The position numbers were made by a program, and so were the translations under genes. From a virus (lineage: Duplodnaviria; Caudoviricetes), in the IMG/VR virus record IMGVR_UViG_2884366220_000001, positions 8,305-72,304 of that record: a stretch of 64,000 bases of DNA. One strand, 5' to 3'. The notes beneath the pieces are model-generated. The model was not told the DNA's origin and ran no database searches. It worked only from the letters and a program-made list of their open reading frames with translations. Within the stretch, counting starts at the first letter, position 1. The number at the start of each line of letters is the position of its first letter. This document shows, in pieces, positions 1-9,150 of the stretch.

Positions 1-453
1 ATGTGGGCACTGGCACAGTCTGAAAAGGTGCAGCTGAACACCGGATGGCGCAGGCCCAAGCCTGATAATAGTTACCTGCACACCGACGGAGCCGGTCGGA
101 TTATGGCCCCGGACGACATGACCGACGTAATCGGTCTGGCAATCCACGAGTTTCACAAAAGCCGCCAGCAGTATCTGCTCAACTACGCCGAACTGGAGGC
201 ATTCAGCAGCTGGGTCGACTACCTGATTCGGAACGAGCTGATCTGTTTCTGCGAGGAAAAGCAACACCTGCCCCTGATGGAGCGCATCCGTCAATTTGCT
301 GACTGCTACGATTTTTCCGAAGATGATATCTCCGAGGCTAATCTGAAGCAGATCGTTTACCGCCACGGCTCGACCCAGCCCGATGCATTTCGGAGCTTCA
401 ATACCGGAGTCGCCCTTATCAACCATTTCACAGCTTACCCAATGGCTGCCTGA
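1..453 (+). CDS. Phage protein (probably 5'-truncated by window edge); candidate late-gene transcriptional activator
   Basis: Helical C-terminus (IRQFADCYDFSEDDISEANLKQIVYRH) resembling an HTH; lies immediately before the first late-promoter copy. Function is inferred. Confidence 0.45.
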   Translation: MWALAQSEKVQLNTGWRRPKPDNSYLHTDGAGRIMAPDDMTDVIGLAIHEFHKSRQQYLLNYAELEAFSSWVDYLIRNELICFCEEKQHLPLMERIRQFADCYDFSEDDISEANLKQIVYRHGSTQPDAFRSFNTGVALINHFTAYPMAA

Positions 454-461
454 TTTAGTCT

Positions 462-508
462 GTCATCACGCCTGTCACGTCTGCCCCCCAGTGATGCCGG
501 CACATTTG
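462..508 (+). promoter_or_regulatory. Phage late promoter copy 1
   Basis: GTCATCACGCCTGTCACG (462-479), 21 nt, CACATTTG (501-508), ATG at 513. Confidence 0.8.
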
Positions 509-512
509 CCCC

Positions 513-962
513 ATGACTGATCTGAATTACGACCCGGTCAACAACATTGGGGGGCTATATCGAATCCGGTTTGTGCCAGTTGCTGGAGTAACTCCAACCC
601 TGGCCACCGGTACCCCAAATTTTCGCGATGGGTTCCGGTTCTATACCGCCTACGGTACCGAATCGACGCGAGGCTACGAAGAACGACAATCGAACAGCGA
701 TAACGGCCCGGTTTGGGATGTGACCGTTTCCGCCTTCTTACCCGGCGACAGTCCTGAACGGCGTGCTCAACTGGCCGAGATGGTGCGTCACCGATTCATC
801 ATTCAATGTGAGGATAACAATGGCCAGCTGCGGCAGGTCGGTAGTTATGAACAGCCGCTCGAACTGACCTATCAGTTCGTCACCGGCAAGGCTGTCGCAG
901 ATTTGCGCGGCTACGCCCTCACCTTCCGGGGCAGTCTCTCTGAGGCCCCGGCCATTCTTTGA
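513..962 (+). CDS. Tail-tube-fold-like structural protein (paralog of 4235-4767)
   Basis: Shares NNxGG N-terminal motif and FxxxxxxxxGxxxQxGS motif with the major tail protein. Confidence 0.55.
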   Translation: MTDLNYDPVNNIGGLYRIRFVPVAGVTPTLATGTPNFRDGFRFYTAYGTESTRGYEERQSNSDNGPVWDVTVSAFLPGDSPERRAQLAEMVRHRFIIQCEDNNGQLRQVGSYEQPLELTYQFVTGKAVADLRGYALTFRGSLSEAPAIL

Positions 963-994
963 GTATGCCTTGCTTTCATAACGGTGGTTTCTGA

Positions 995-1026
995 ACCCCC
1001 GCTGGTTTTACCGGCGGGGGTTTTTT
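995..1026 (+). terminator. Rho-independent terminator
   Basis: ACCCCCGCTGG...CCGGCGGGGG stem followed by T-run. Confidence 0.75.
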
Positions 1027-1043
1027 GTGGAATCTTCATTCGC

Positions 1044-1090
1044 GTCATCACGCCTGTCACGCCCGGCCCCTCGCAATAGGGGCAGTTTCG
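1044..1090 (+). promoter_or_regulatory. Phage late promoter copy 2
   Basis: 18-mer at 1044-1061, 21 nt, CAGTTTCG (1083-1090), ATG at 1095. Confidence 0.8.
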
Positions 1091-1094
1091 GGCC

Positions 1095-2600
1095 ATGATT
1101 AGCCAATTTCAAATCCTTTCCGCCCTGCTACGCCACAAGTGGGCCATCGAACCCATCTGGGCCGAACAGCACCAAACGCTACTTGATAGCTACCTGGCTG
1201 GTAAGCTGGATTTGAAGCTGCTGCAACAAAACGCCATTGATGAGGCCGGGGGCGTCGATCCGATCAGCTCGATCGGCTACGTACTGGCGTCGGACGAGGT
1301 CGACACACCGCCCGGCGGCCCGGCCGTTACCGCCACTAACCCCCGCAACCGCTATGCGCTAGACAACCCTGACCTCCCCGAAAACAGCGTATTCGTCCTT
1401 GATATTCGCGGGCCGATTATGAAGGAAACCACGTGCTGCACACTAGGCACGGAGGACTACGCTAAACTGATTCGTCGTGCCTACGCACACCCCAAAATCA
1501 TCGGTATTGTCAACCTGGTCGATTCGCCAGGTGGCCAGCTGTTTGGTACCCCGACGCTGTACGACGCCATTCGAGATCCACAAAAGCCGGTTGTTTCGGT
1601 AGTATGCGAGGGACTCATGGCGTCGGCAGCGTACTGGCTGGCCTGCGGCTCCGACGAGATTCTGGCGACCCAGCAGACCGATATGATCGGCTCTATTGGC
1701 GTATTCGTCAGCTTTCGGGACAACCGGAAGGCGCTGGCGCTGGCCGGTATCGAGGTTCACACGGTCTATTCTGACCGCTCAGCCGAGAAAAACAAACCGT
1801 TCCGCGACGCACTGGAAGGCGATACAGCGGCCCTGACGGAAGATCTGAACCAGGCTGCCGACTTATTCCGTGTCGCCGTCGAAACCGGCCGTGGTGCCAA
1901 GCTGAAGCCCGTCACGAAGGGCGGTGCCGACGTGTTCAAAGGCGGTCTGTTCTACGCATCCAAAGCGATCGAGTTAGGGCTTATTGACGGCTTCGGCGAC
2001 CTCGACGTGGCCGTAGCCCGCGTGGCGGAGCTGGCAAAGCAACCCCGCGCGACGGCCGTGGAACCTACGCCTGCCGAACCGACCGGCGACGGCAACGATC
2101 TGGACGACGAACACGACAACGACAACGACCCTGAAGCTGACGCTTCCACGCCTGTCACTGAGCCTGTTCTGGCCAGCCAGGATTCTTCTGTTTCCCCAAC
2201 TAATCAAACCGACACAACCATGTTTGGCGACAAACACAAACTCATTACGGCCCTTGCTGGCGTCGAGTCTTCGGCCATTACCGATGATCAGCTCAACGCA
2301 ATCAATGCTAACCTGGATGCTCAGAACATCAAAGGTATTCGCGTCATCTCACAAGGCTATTTGGACGAGATGACAACTAGTGCTACAGCGCTGACGACCG
2401 CTCAGGAGCAGGTGTCGAAGCTGACCCAGGAGCGTGACCAGCTGCAATCAAAGGTCAACGAATACGGCTCGCAGCCTGGCGTGCTGGGTACGACCTCGCA
2501 GAAAACCGAAGAGCCACAGGTAGCGGCCGGCGATGACGAAGAAGTCATCTCGGAAACCGACGCCAAACTGCGCTCGATGGCCTCCCTGAAGGGCAAATAA
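1095..2600 (+). CDS. S49 (SppA/ClpP-like) prohead protease with C-terminal scaffold domain
   Basis: DSPGG, MASAAYWLA and GSIGV motifs of S49 peptidases; acidic linker then coiled coil; upstream of capsid gene. Confidence 0.9.
   Translation: MISQFQILSALLRHKWAIEPIWAEQHQTLLDSYLAGKLDLKLLQQNAIDEAGGVDPISSIGYVLASDEVDTPPGGPAVTATNPRNRYALDNPDLPENSVFVLDIRGPIMKETTCCTLGTEDYAKLIRRAYAHPKIIGIVNLVDSPGGQLFGTPTLYDAIRDPQKPVVSVVCEGLMASAAYWLACGSDEILATQQTDMIGSIGVFVSFRDNRKALALAGIEVHTVYSDRSAEKNKPFRDALEGDTAALTEDLNQAADLFRVAVETGRGAKLKPVTKGGADVFKGGLFYASKAIELGLIDGFGDLDVAVARVAELAKQPRATAVEPTPAEPTGDGNDLDDEHDNDNDPEADASTPVTEPVLASQDSSVSPTNQTDTTMFGDKHKLITALAGVESSAITDDQLNAINANLDAQNIKGIRVISQGYLDEMTTSATALTTAQEQVSKLTQERDQLQSKVNEYGSQPGVLGTTSQKTEEPQVAAGDDEEVISETDAKLRSMASLKGK
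2220..2600 (+). CDS. Nested in-frame capsid scaffolding protein
   Basis: In-frame ATG at 2220 preceded by an A/C-rich initiation region (AACTAATCAAACCGACACAACC); coiled-coil product; analogous to lambda C/Nu3. Confidence 0.55.
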   Translation: MFGDKHKLITALAGVESSAITDDQLNAINANLDAQNIKGIRVISQGYLDEMTTSATALTTAQEQVSKLTQERDQLQSKVNEYGSQPGVLGTTSQKTEEPQVAAGDDEEVISETDAKLRSMASLKGK

Positions 2601-2675
2601 CCTGATCGATCATCGACCGCCTTAGGCGGTCGATGATCGCAATTCTTACTCCGTAACTTCCTTAATCTCACAATT

Positions 2676-3752
2676 GTGGCAAAGACCCAAACCGATCTGC
2701 AAGCGATTGCCGGCTACGCTGGCGAATACGCAGAAACGATTATTCTGGCCGTCATGCAGGCGCTCGACATCACCAAGGATGTCTCGGTGCTGACGAACCT
2801 GAAGACATCAACCATCCTACCAAAATACGTTGCCAGCGAGGGGCTGCGGCCGTACAGTTCGGCTGTAAAAACGCCGAAAGGTCAGTCGGGTACGTTCAGC
2901 GCGCGTCGCATCGACCCACGTACGGCGATGAAGATTCTGGATATCATTCCGGAAGAATTCCGTGATACGTACCTGGCTCGTGGTCTGGCTGCCAACGCCA
3001 AAGATTACCCACAGGGCTTCGGTCAGTACTTCTGGCTGGCACAAATTCTCAAAATCGCGGAAGAGATCAACGACAACATCTACCTGTCGATTGACCCCAA
3101 AACGGTTGCGCCATTCGATGCTACGGTGAACTACACCGTCGGAAGCAAAGTGTTCTTCGAGGAGAACTACTACCAGGTCGTAACGGCGACGACTGCTGGC
3201 CAGACGCCTACGAGCGTTCCTGCATCGTTTCTGGACATCAACAACAAATGCCTGGGTATCGGATTCGGTACCATCATCGCGCAGGAATACAACAGCCTTC
3301 CCGCTGCTAACCGTATTGCTACGGGCATTATCACCGATACCAATGCTTTCGACAAGGTATCGGGTATGTACAAAGCCATGCCGTCGAAAAAGCAGGCGTT
3401 GGGCGGTACCGCGTTTGTGTCGTACAACACCTACCAGAACTACCAGAGCAGCCTGCTCAACAAGTTCACTAATGGTACCTCGGCGTATGAAGTGCCCGGC
3501 AAACCCGGTATGCTGATTTTCGGCTCAGACGGTAAGTGGAACGTGCAGGCGGCCTCGTGGATGGGCAATTCGGGCCGGATCATCATGACCCAGCCGAAGA
3601 AAAACATGTTCATGGGCACCGACCAGCTGCCTGACCTGACGACGGTTGGTAACATGATCCCCCACATCCACGGCTTCCTGGCCAAGTTCCAGATGATTCT
3701 GGCCTGCCAGTTCGCCGATATGGATACGCTGTTCGTAAACGACCAGGCGTAA
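2676..3752 (+). CDS. Major capsid protein with inserted CBM5/12-like module
   Basis: 358 aa, follows protease/scaffold; internal FDATVNYTVGSKVFFEENYYQVVTATTAGQTP motif. Confidence 0.8.
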   Translation: MAKTQTDLQAIAGYAGEYAETIILAVMQALDITKDVSVLTNLKTSTILPKYVASEGLRPYSSAVKTPKGQSGTFSARRIDPRTAMKILDIIPEEFRDTYLARGLAANAKDYPQGFGQYFWLAQILKIAEEINDNIYLSIDPKTVAPFDATVNYTVGSKVFFEENYYQVVTATTAGQTPTSVPASFLDINNKCLGIGFGTIIAQEYNSLPAANRIATGIITDTNAFDKVSGMYKAMPSKKQALGGTAFVSYNTYQNYQSSLLNKFTNGTSAYEVPGKPGMLIFGSDGKWNVQAASWMGNSGRIIMTQPKKNMFMGTDQLPDLTTVGNMIPHIHGFLAKFQMILACQFADMDTLFVNDQA

Positions 3753-3839
3753 TTCGACTTAACCCAGACTATTCTTCAACCCTGACGATTGGATGCCCGC
3801 GATAGGTGGGCATCCAATCATTCAAACAGACTTACTACT

Positions 3840-4166
3840 GTGGAACTCACTAAGGAACAGGAGGAAATAGAAGCCCTCAAATTACAACTGAAAGCGGCTA
3901 ACGAAGCCAAAGAAGCCAGCGCCCGTCAAGTACTCGAGGCCGGTGAAGTGGTGCAGGATCTCAAGAAGCAATTGGCTGAGAAGCCTGCTGCTGACGAGGA
4001 AAAGACGTATGGCAAGGTCACTGTCGGCAAAGCGACGTATGATCTGGTCGTTCCTTCCTTCAACTACCTGGGTGAAATCGTCACCATCGACGTGCTCAAC
4101 CAGAAGTCGAAACTCGCTGAGCAGCTGGTGAAGGACGGCGTATCGTTCCTGCAAAAAGCTGAGTAG
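3840..4166 (+). CDS. Phage head-associated coiled-coil protein
   Basis: GTG at 3840 after intergenic hairpin; lies between capsid and tail tube genes. Confidence 0.6.
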   Translation: MELTKEQEEIEALKLQLKAANEAKEASARQVLEAGEVVQDLKKQLAEKPAADEEKTYGKVTVGKATYDLVVPSFNYLGEIVTIDVLNQKSKLAEQLVKDGVSFLQKAE

Positions 4167-4234
4167 TTCAATCCATTCAGGTTAGACCGGTCGACAGACC
4201 GGTTTAACCGCTTCACTCCGTAACGACCCCAACA

Positions 4235-4767
4235 ATGGACTACACAAACCTTCTCGGCCCCGATGGTACCGAGAACAATATGGGGGTACCGAGCTGTTTT
4301 TCTATTTGATCTCGCACTCAAATATTAAAACGTTCGGCACGCCACCAGCCAACCCGGCTACGCCAGCTGATGCCTACGTGATTACAACTCCTCACGTGTG
4401 CAACACCGGAAAGAACTTCACTCAGGTCTACTGTACGCCCGATACCTCAGAACTGGAGGGCGGAATGAACGGCGAAATTGACGGCCGTAGCTTCAAAGTG
4501 ACCTTCAAATTTTTCTATCCGGGTTCGAAGAAAGAGCTATTCGCCTTCAAGAACCGGGTTAAAAACGACAAGTTCGTTCTGGAGGTGCCGCTGTCTGACG
4601 GGACAATTATCCAGATCGGGTCGGCCAAATTTCCGGCCTACATCGCCCCCAGCTTTAAATCGGAAAAGATGTCAGGCCGTGGTAAAGGAGCGGAGTTCGA
4701 GGTTACGTGCTGGATGCCGGATATGCTGATTTACAGCGCAGCCATCCCGCTCACGCCAGCGGTTTAA
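4235..4767 (+). CDS. Major tail (tube) protein, split by 1-nt deletion in G-run 4282-4286
   Basis: ATG 4235 gives MDYTNLLGPDGTENNMGG; adding one G joins it to ORF 4306-4767 (TELFFYLISHSNIK...). Confidence 0.7.
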
Positions 4768-4779
4768 CCAACCTCAGCC

Positions 4780-4983
4780 ATGCCGAAAGAAACAACTAAG
4801 GCGGCTTCCACCAAAGGCATTGTCGGTCTGCTAGCGACCGACTCGATGCTGATCAGGTTCGCCGGGCGTGATTACGACCTGGCGAACCTATCGGCCGACG
4901 ATGAGGCATACCTGCGTCAGTTTCCCGACCAGGTGCCCTATCTGCAAAAACCATTAGACGTGAGCAACCCTGCCAACGACTAG
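4780..4983 (+). CDS. Small phage protein
   Basis: 67-aa ORF in operon, followed by terminator. Confidence 0.6.
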   Translation: MPKETTKAASTKGIVGLLATDSMLIRFAGRDYDLANLSADDEAYLRQFPDQVPYLQKPLDVSNPAND

Positions 4984-5000
4984 TACTGTGGAACGCCGAT

Positions 5001-5033
5001 AAGAAGCCTGCCGATTGGCGGGCTTCTTTCTTT
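5001..5033 (+). terminator. Rho-independent terminator
   Basis: AAGAAGCCTGCC GATT GGCGGGCTTCTT followed by TCTTT. Confidence 0.7.
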
Positions 5034-5049
5034 CAACCCTAACGCACTC

Positions 5050-5712
5050 ATGCAACCTACGCTACTCGAACAACTGGCCGCCTGGCTTGACAACCGCGTC
5101 TACGACGTCGGGGTATTGCTGTATCAGCAGATCCACGGCGACGGGTTCATGCTGTCGATGCTGAAGGGCGGTGCCGACGACTATAACCGGAAGAAACTCA
5201 CCGACGCCCTACAGACTCATCACGATCAGCTGAGTGCGGCAGAAACCGCCCTGGTCGAAAGCTACCCCGAGTCGCTGACCGGTGATCTGGAGCGGGGTAA
5301 GATCCTGATGGATGAGCGTACTGCGCTGAAGGAGCGAATGCGGTACATGGCCGATCAGGGCATCACCAAAGGCGAAGACCTCAAACGCCTGGCGTACCGG
5401 GTGCTGACCATCCGGGATGATCTCGGTACCATCTACGGCCGTAAGGAATTCTTCCGCCAGCATGGCTACATGCCAGACGCGCCGGCCGTCGACCCGGCCA
5501 TCACGGAAGCCGCGCTGATGAAGCGGCTTTTGTCGGTTCGGACCTACATCAGCAAAGAAACCCGGCGGCTCGCGCAGCTGACCGCTGACGACCCGAAACG
5601 ACCCAAATACGAGCAGAAACTACGGGCATTCACCAGTGAGGCCGAGCAGCTTAAGCAGCAGCTGGCAACGCTGACTAATAACCCATACGATAATGTCACT
5701 ATTCTCGACTAG
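5050..5712 (+). CDS. Helical phage protein of packaging module
   Basis: 220-aa ORF overlapping the next gene. Confidence 0.65.
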   Translation: MQPTLLEQLAAWLDNRVYDVGVLLYQQIHGDGFMLSMLKGGADDYNRKKLTDALQTHHDQLSAAETALVESYPESLTGDLERGKILMDERTALKERMRYMADQGITKGEDLKRLAYRVLTIRDDLGTIYGRKEFFRQHGYMPDAPAVDPAITEAALMKRLLSVRTYISKETRRLAQLTADDPKRPKYEQKLRAFTSEAEQLKQQLATLTNNPYDNVTILD

Positions 5713-6304
5713 CGAGGCCCACGACTATGCCAAACCCCAACACGACAAAGCTGCCGTGTGCAGCAGTGTTGAGCAACATTCGAATACGCTCCTTGGTCGA
5801 GTTTCGGATGCTGTCGACGCAGTGTTCCCACCGCTCGAGCGGGGAAACACCTACCACTACGCCAGTGCCGGCCTGTGGAGCACGCACGACCTCCTGTTGC
5901 ACATCCTGCGCCAGACCGGCCCGGCCCGGATCTGGATTGCCACCTGGTCAATGACCGAGGATGCCTGCCGCGTGCTCGTGCAGGGCATTCAGGAGGGTAT
6001 CATTCAGGATCTGCGGCTACTCATCGACTCACGGGTAATTACTCGCAATGCGAGCGCCTATGCGTTTGTCTCTTCTCATGCCGAAAAGACTCGGATTACC
6101 GCCTGTCACGCGAAAGTGACGGTGATCGAGAACGACGCCTGGGCTGTGTCGATGGTCGGCTCAGCAAACTACACGAATAACCCCCGGATCGAAGCCGGTG
6201 TGGTCACCGAGAGCCGCCCGGTTGCGGCTTTTCACCGCGACTGGATCGACCGCGAAATGGAGAAAGCCAAGCCTTTTGGCGAAACCCTCAAACTCTTACG
6301 ATGA
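5693..6304 (+). CDS. Phospholipase D (HKD)-family nuclease-like protein
   Basis: HAKVTVIE...GSANYT single HKD-type motif. Confidence 0.7.
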   Translation: MSLFSTSEAHDYAKPQHDKAAVCSSVEQHSNTLLGRVSDAVDAVFPPLERGNTYHYASAGLWSTHDLLLHILRQTGPARIWIATWSMTEDACRVLVQGIQEGIIQDLRLLIDSRVITRNASAYAFVSSHAEKTRITACHAKVTVIENDAWAVSMVGSANYTNNPRIEAGVVTESRPVAAFHRDWIDREMEKAKPFGETLKLLR

Positions 6305-6576
6305 AACTAACGGCTGAACAGCTGACCGAACTGGAGAGTCTGGCCAGCTACTTTTTCACTCCCGACGAATGCGCTATTGTACTGTCGATATCCACCGACG
6401 ATCTGGAAATCGCACTGGAAGACGACACGCACCCGGCCTACAAAGCCTATCAGCGCGGCAAACTCAAATCGAAACTGGAGCTACGGAAATCAATCCTGAC
6501 GCTGGCCAAGCAGGGTTCGTCGCCCGCGCAGACGATGGCCCTTCGCCTGCTCGATGAATCGGAATCACTCGATTAA
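6301..6576 (+). CDS. Small HTH protein, terminase small-subunit-like
   Basis: FTPDECAIVLSIS HTH-like segment and YQRGK...LAKQGSSPAQ; lies before terminase. Confidence 0.5.
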   Translation: MKLTAEQLTELESLASYFFTPDECAIVLSISTDDLEIALEDDTHPAYKAYQRGKLKSKLELRKSILTLAKQGSSPAQTMALRLLDESESLD

Positions 6577-6585
6577 CCCACCGAC

Positions 6586-7212
6586 ATGAACACTGACGTA
6601 GGATTTCTTGACCCCGACGTACCGAGCCGCCACGACGATAAGTTCGACGCCATCGTTCGGTGGTACAACGATGACCGGGATATGGACGACCCGGCCCGGC
6701 GACAGCTGAGCAAATCACTCCAGGAGCAGTACGAGCGGTGGCAGTACATCTATTCCATCCTGACGCTGCCCAAAATCCGGTTTAAATCGGATACCATGCT
6801 GGTAAAGCGGCTCAAAGAGAAGTGGCCGACGCTGTCGGATCGGGTGCTACGCTACGCCATTGCCGACACGCGCCGGTTCTACGCGCAGCTGGAGCAGCCT
6901 GTTCTCGACTGGGAGCGGGTTATGCTCATTACCAATATGAAACGGGCGATGGAGCGGGCGGAAAAGAAAGGTGATTTCAAATCGCTGGGAGCCATGTTCG
7001 GGCATTATATCAAGCTCATTGGTGCTGATAAGCCGCAGACGCCCGTCGACAACCGCACGATTATCAACTTCATCAACTTCAACCCGGAACAACTGGGAGG
7101 GAAGCAGATCCCGGATGATAAGCTGGAGGCACTTATTGCCCAGATGCAGGCCAGCGATCGTAAAAAACAACAAGCCCTTTTTGACGACTTCGAGGATGTC
7201 TCAGCTGCCTGA
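6586..7212 (+). CDS. Putative terminase small subunit
   Basis: Directly upstream of and overlapping the terL start. Confidence 0.45.
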   Translation: MNTDVGFLDPDVPSRHDDKFDAIVRWYNDDRDMDDPARRQLSKSLQEQYERWQYIYSILTLPKIRFKSDTMLVKRLKEKWPTLSDRVLRYAIADTRRFYAQLEQPVLDWERVMLITNMKRAMERAEKKGDFKSLGAMFGHYIKLIGADKPQTPVDNRTIINFINFNPEQLGGKQIPDDKLEALIAQMQASDRKKQQALFDDFEDVSAA

Positions 7213-8929
7213 TCGTTACCAGATGGGGTCATTGCTGAGCGATGATCTCGATACAGCCGTAAAACTGGCGCAGGTTCCCCTCGACCCGCGTAAGTTGAGC
7301 GATGACGTAAAAATTGAGTCCAAACACTTCAATAAACCCCAGATCCGCTCTATGTCGGTTGGGGCCAATGAAGAATATGCAGTCTGGGGTCGGGGTACCG
7401 GTAAATCGGAAGGGCTTATTGCCCCGCGTTCGTTTCGAAACGTCGACGTGATGCCCAGGGCGCACGGTTGTTTCGCTGGTTCGACCTACCTGCAATTGCT
7501 GGAGCGGACGCTGCCCCCCGTGATCAAAGGCTGGGAACAGATGGGCTGGCAGCGCGGCCGTGACTTCTGGATTCGGGAGCGACCACCCAAGCACCTGAAC
7601 ATTCCGACGCCGATTGTTGGCCCTGTCGTTTCGGATCACTGTATTTTCTTTAAAAACGGCGCGGTGGCGTCGATGGTGTCGCAGGATCGGCCGGGTTCGG
7701 CCAACGGTAAAACGGTGCATTGGATCGTCGGTGACGAAGCGAAGTTCCTGGATAAAGCGAAGCTCGACAACGAACTGTTGATGACCAACCGGGGCGACGA
7801 ACGCTATTTCGGGGGCATTCCGGAGTTTCACAGCCTGCTTTTCTGCACCGATATGCCCACATCGAAGGCCGCGATGTGGATACTCGAGGAGGAGAAGCGG
7901 ATGGATCGGCAGCGGGTCGAACTGCTGCTGAGCATCCGGGTAAAGATCTATGAGTTGTATGGTCAGCTGATCGCTCACCCCAGCAAGCGGGTGTCGATCA
8001 TGAAGGCCATTCAGAAAAAGCAGGCCGAGTGGGATAGCATCCGGGCTAAATGCGTGTTTTTCTCGGAAGCATCGACGCTTGACAACATTCACGGCTTCGG
8101 AGCGGACAACATCCGACGGCTGCGCGAGAAGCTGCCCGCGTTCATCTTCAACACGGCTATTCTGAATCAGCGGCCGTTCCTGACCGAAAACGCGTTCTAT
8201 CCGGATCTGGACGAACACCACTTCTACGACAAGGAAGATCACGCCTACATCAACAGCTTCAATATTGAGGATTTCGGTAAGGGGCTGTTCAATGATTCGC
8301 GCAAAGATGCCGACGTCGACAAATACCGGCCGCTCGATATTGGTATTGACAACGGTGCATCGATCAACGCACTGCTGGTAGGGCAGCCCCACGGCCGCAC
8401 CTATCGCATTCTGAAGGAACTGTACGTATTGCACCCTGAGCGGGTTGTCGATCTGGCTAGGGCATTCTGCGAATACTACCGTTACCATCCCTGCAAAGAG
8501 GTCAATTACTTCTATGACCATACGGCGATCGGTACATCGGCCGTAAGTAACGCATCCCCAGCCGAGGTATTCATCGACTACCTGATGGAAGCAGGCTGGA
8601 TCGTACACCGTCATTTTATTGGAGCTACGCTCGATCCTGAATGGCGGTATGAACTGTGGGGTATGTGCCTGCGGGGTGGTGGTGATCGGCTGTTCAAGAT
8701 TGCCATGAATCGGCACAACTGCGAGTATGTACGCATCTCGATGCAGTCTACCCAGATTGCCCAGGGCACGACCGGCTTTCGCAAGAACAAGAATGATGAG
8801 AAGAACAGTGAGCTGGACCAACGGACAACCACCCACTTCAGCGATGCAATCGACACCCTGCTAGTAGGGGCACACATGGTACATCGCTTCGAAGATCCTG
8901 TTGCCTTCAAATCCATATTCATGAATTAA
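7196..8929 (+). CDS. terL: Terminase large subunit
   Basis: Walker A WGRGTGKS, Walker B IVGDEAK, nuclease motifs GID and HFSDAIDTL; likely start ATG 7196. Confidence 0.9.
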   Translation: MSQLPDRYQMGSLLSDDLDTAVKLAQVPLDPRKLSDDVKIESKHFNKPQIRSMSVGANEEYAVWGRGTGKSEGLIAPRSFRNVDVMPRAHGCFAGSTYLQLLERTLPPVIKGWEQMGWQRGRDFWIRERPPKHLNIPTPIVGPVVSDHCIFFKNGAVASMVSQDRPGSANGKTVHWIVGDEAKFLDKAKLDNELLMTNRGDERYFGGIPEFHSLLFCTDMPTSKAAMWILEEEKRMDRQRVELLLSIRVKIYELYGQLIAHPSKRVSIMKAIQKKQAEWDSIRAKCVFFSEASTLDNIHGFGADNIRRLREKLPAFIFNTAILNQRPFLTENAFYPDLDEHHFYDKEDHAYINSFNIEDFGKGLFNDSRKDADVDKYRPLDIGIDNGASINALLVGQPHGRTYRILKELYVLHPERVVDLARAFCEYYRYHPCKEVNYFYDHTAIGTSAVSNASPAEVFIDYLMEAGWIVHRHFIGATLDPEWRYELWGMCLRGGGDRLFKIAMNRHNCEYVRISMQSTQIAQGTTGFRKNKNDEKNSELDQRTTTHFSDAIDTLLVGAHMVHRFEDPVAFKSIFMN

Positions 8930-8942
8930 GCAGCCCAGTAGG

Positions 8943-9150
8943 GTAGGGCAGTAGCGGCCCGGTCAGATCTGACCGGGCCGCTTCGTTTTTGTCCTATAAA
9001 TTCGGACAGTGTTCGTGTAGGGCATTTGGTGACGTATATACATACACGTTAATTGAATGGGTGTATGTGTAGGGCACTCGCTGGTACCCAGCGGTAAACG
9101 GCCGGTGTGTTGTTGATGCAAACCAAATCGGATGCTGTGTGTGTAGGGCA
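8943..9150 (+). repeat. Four GTAGGGCA direct repeats
   Basis: Copies at 8943, 9017, 9069 and 9143 (spacing 74, 52, 74); three extend to GTGTAGGGCA. Confidence 0.75.
8953..8990 (+). terminator. Rho-independent terminator
   Basis: Perfect palindrome AGCGGCCCGGTCAGATCTGACCGGGCCGCT followed by T-run. Confidence 0.8.

Noticed and set aside
2142-2159. Partial late-promoter motif (CACGCCTGTCAC) upstream of scaffold start; also partial hits near 6100 and 21350
   Set aside because: 5' half diverged and no SAnnTTYG box at the 21-nt spacing
7229-8836. 535-aa antisense ORF (and many similar shadow ORFs, e.g. 14204-15091)
   Set aside because: Lies entirely opposite well-supported genes; typical codon-bias shadow with no recognisable motifs
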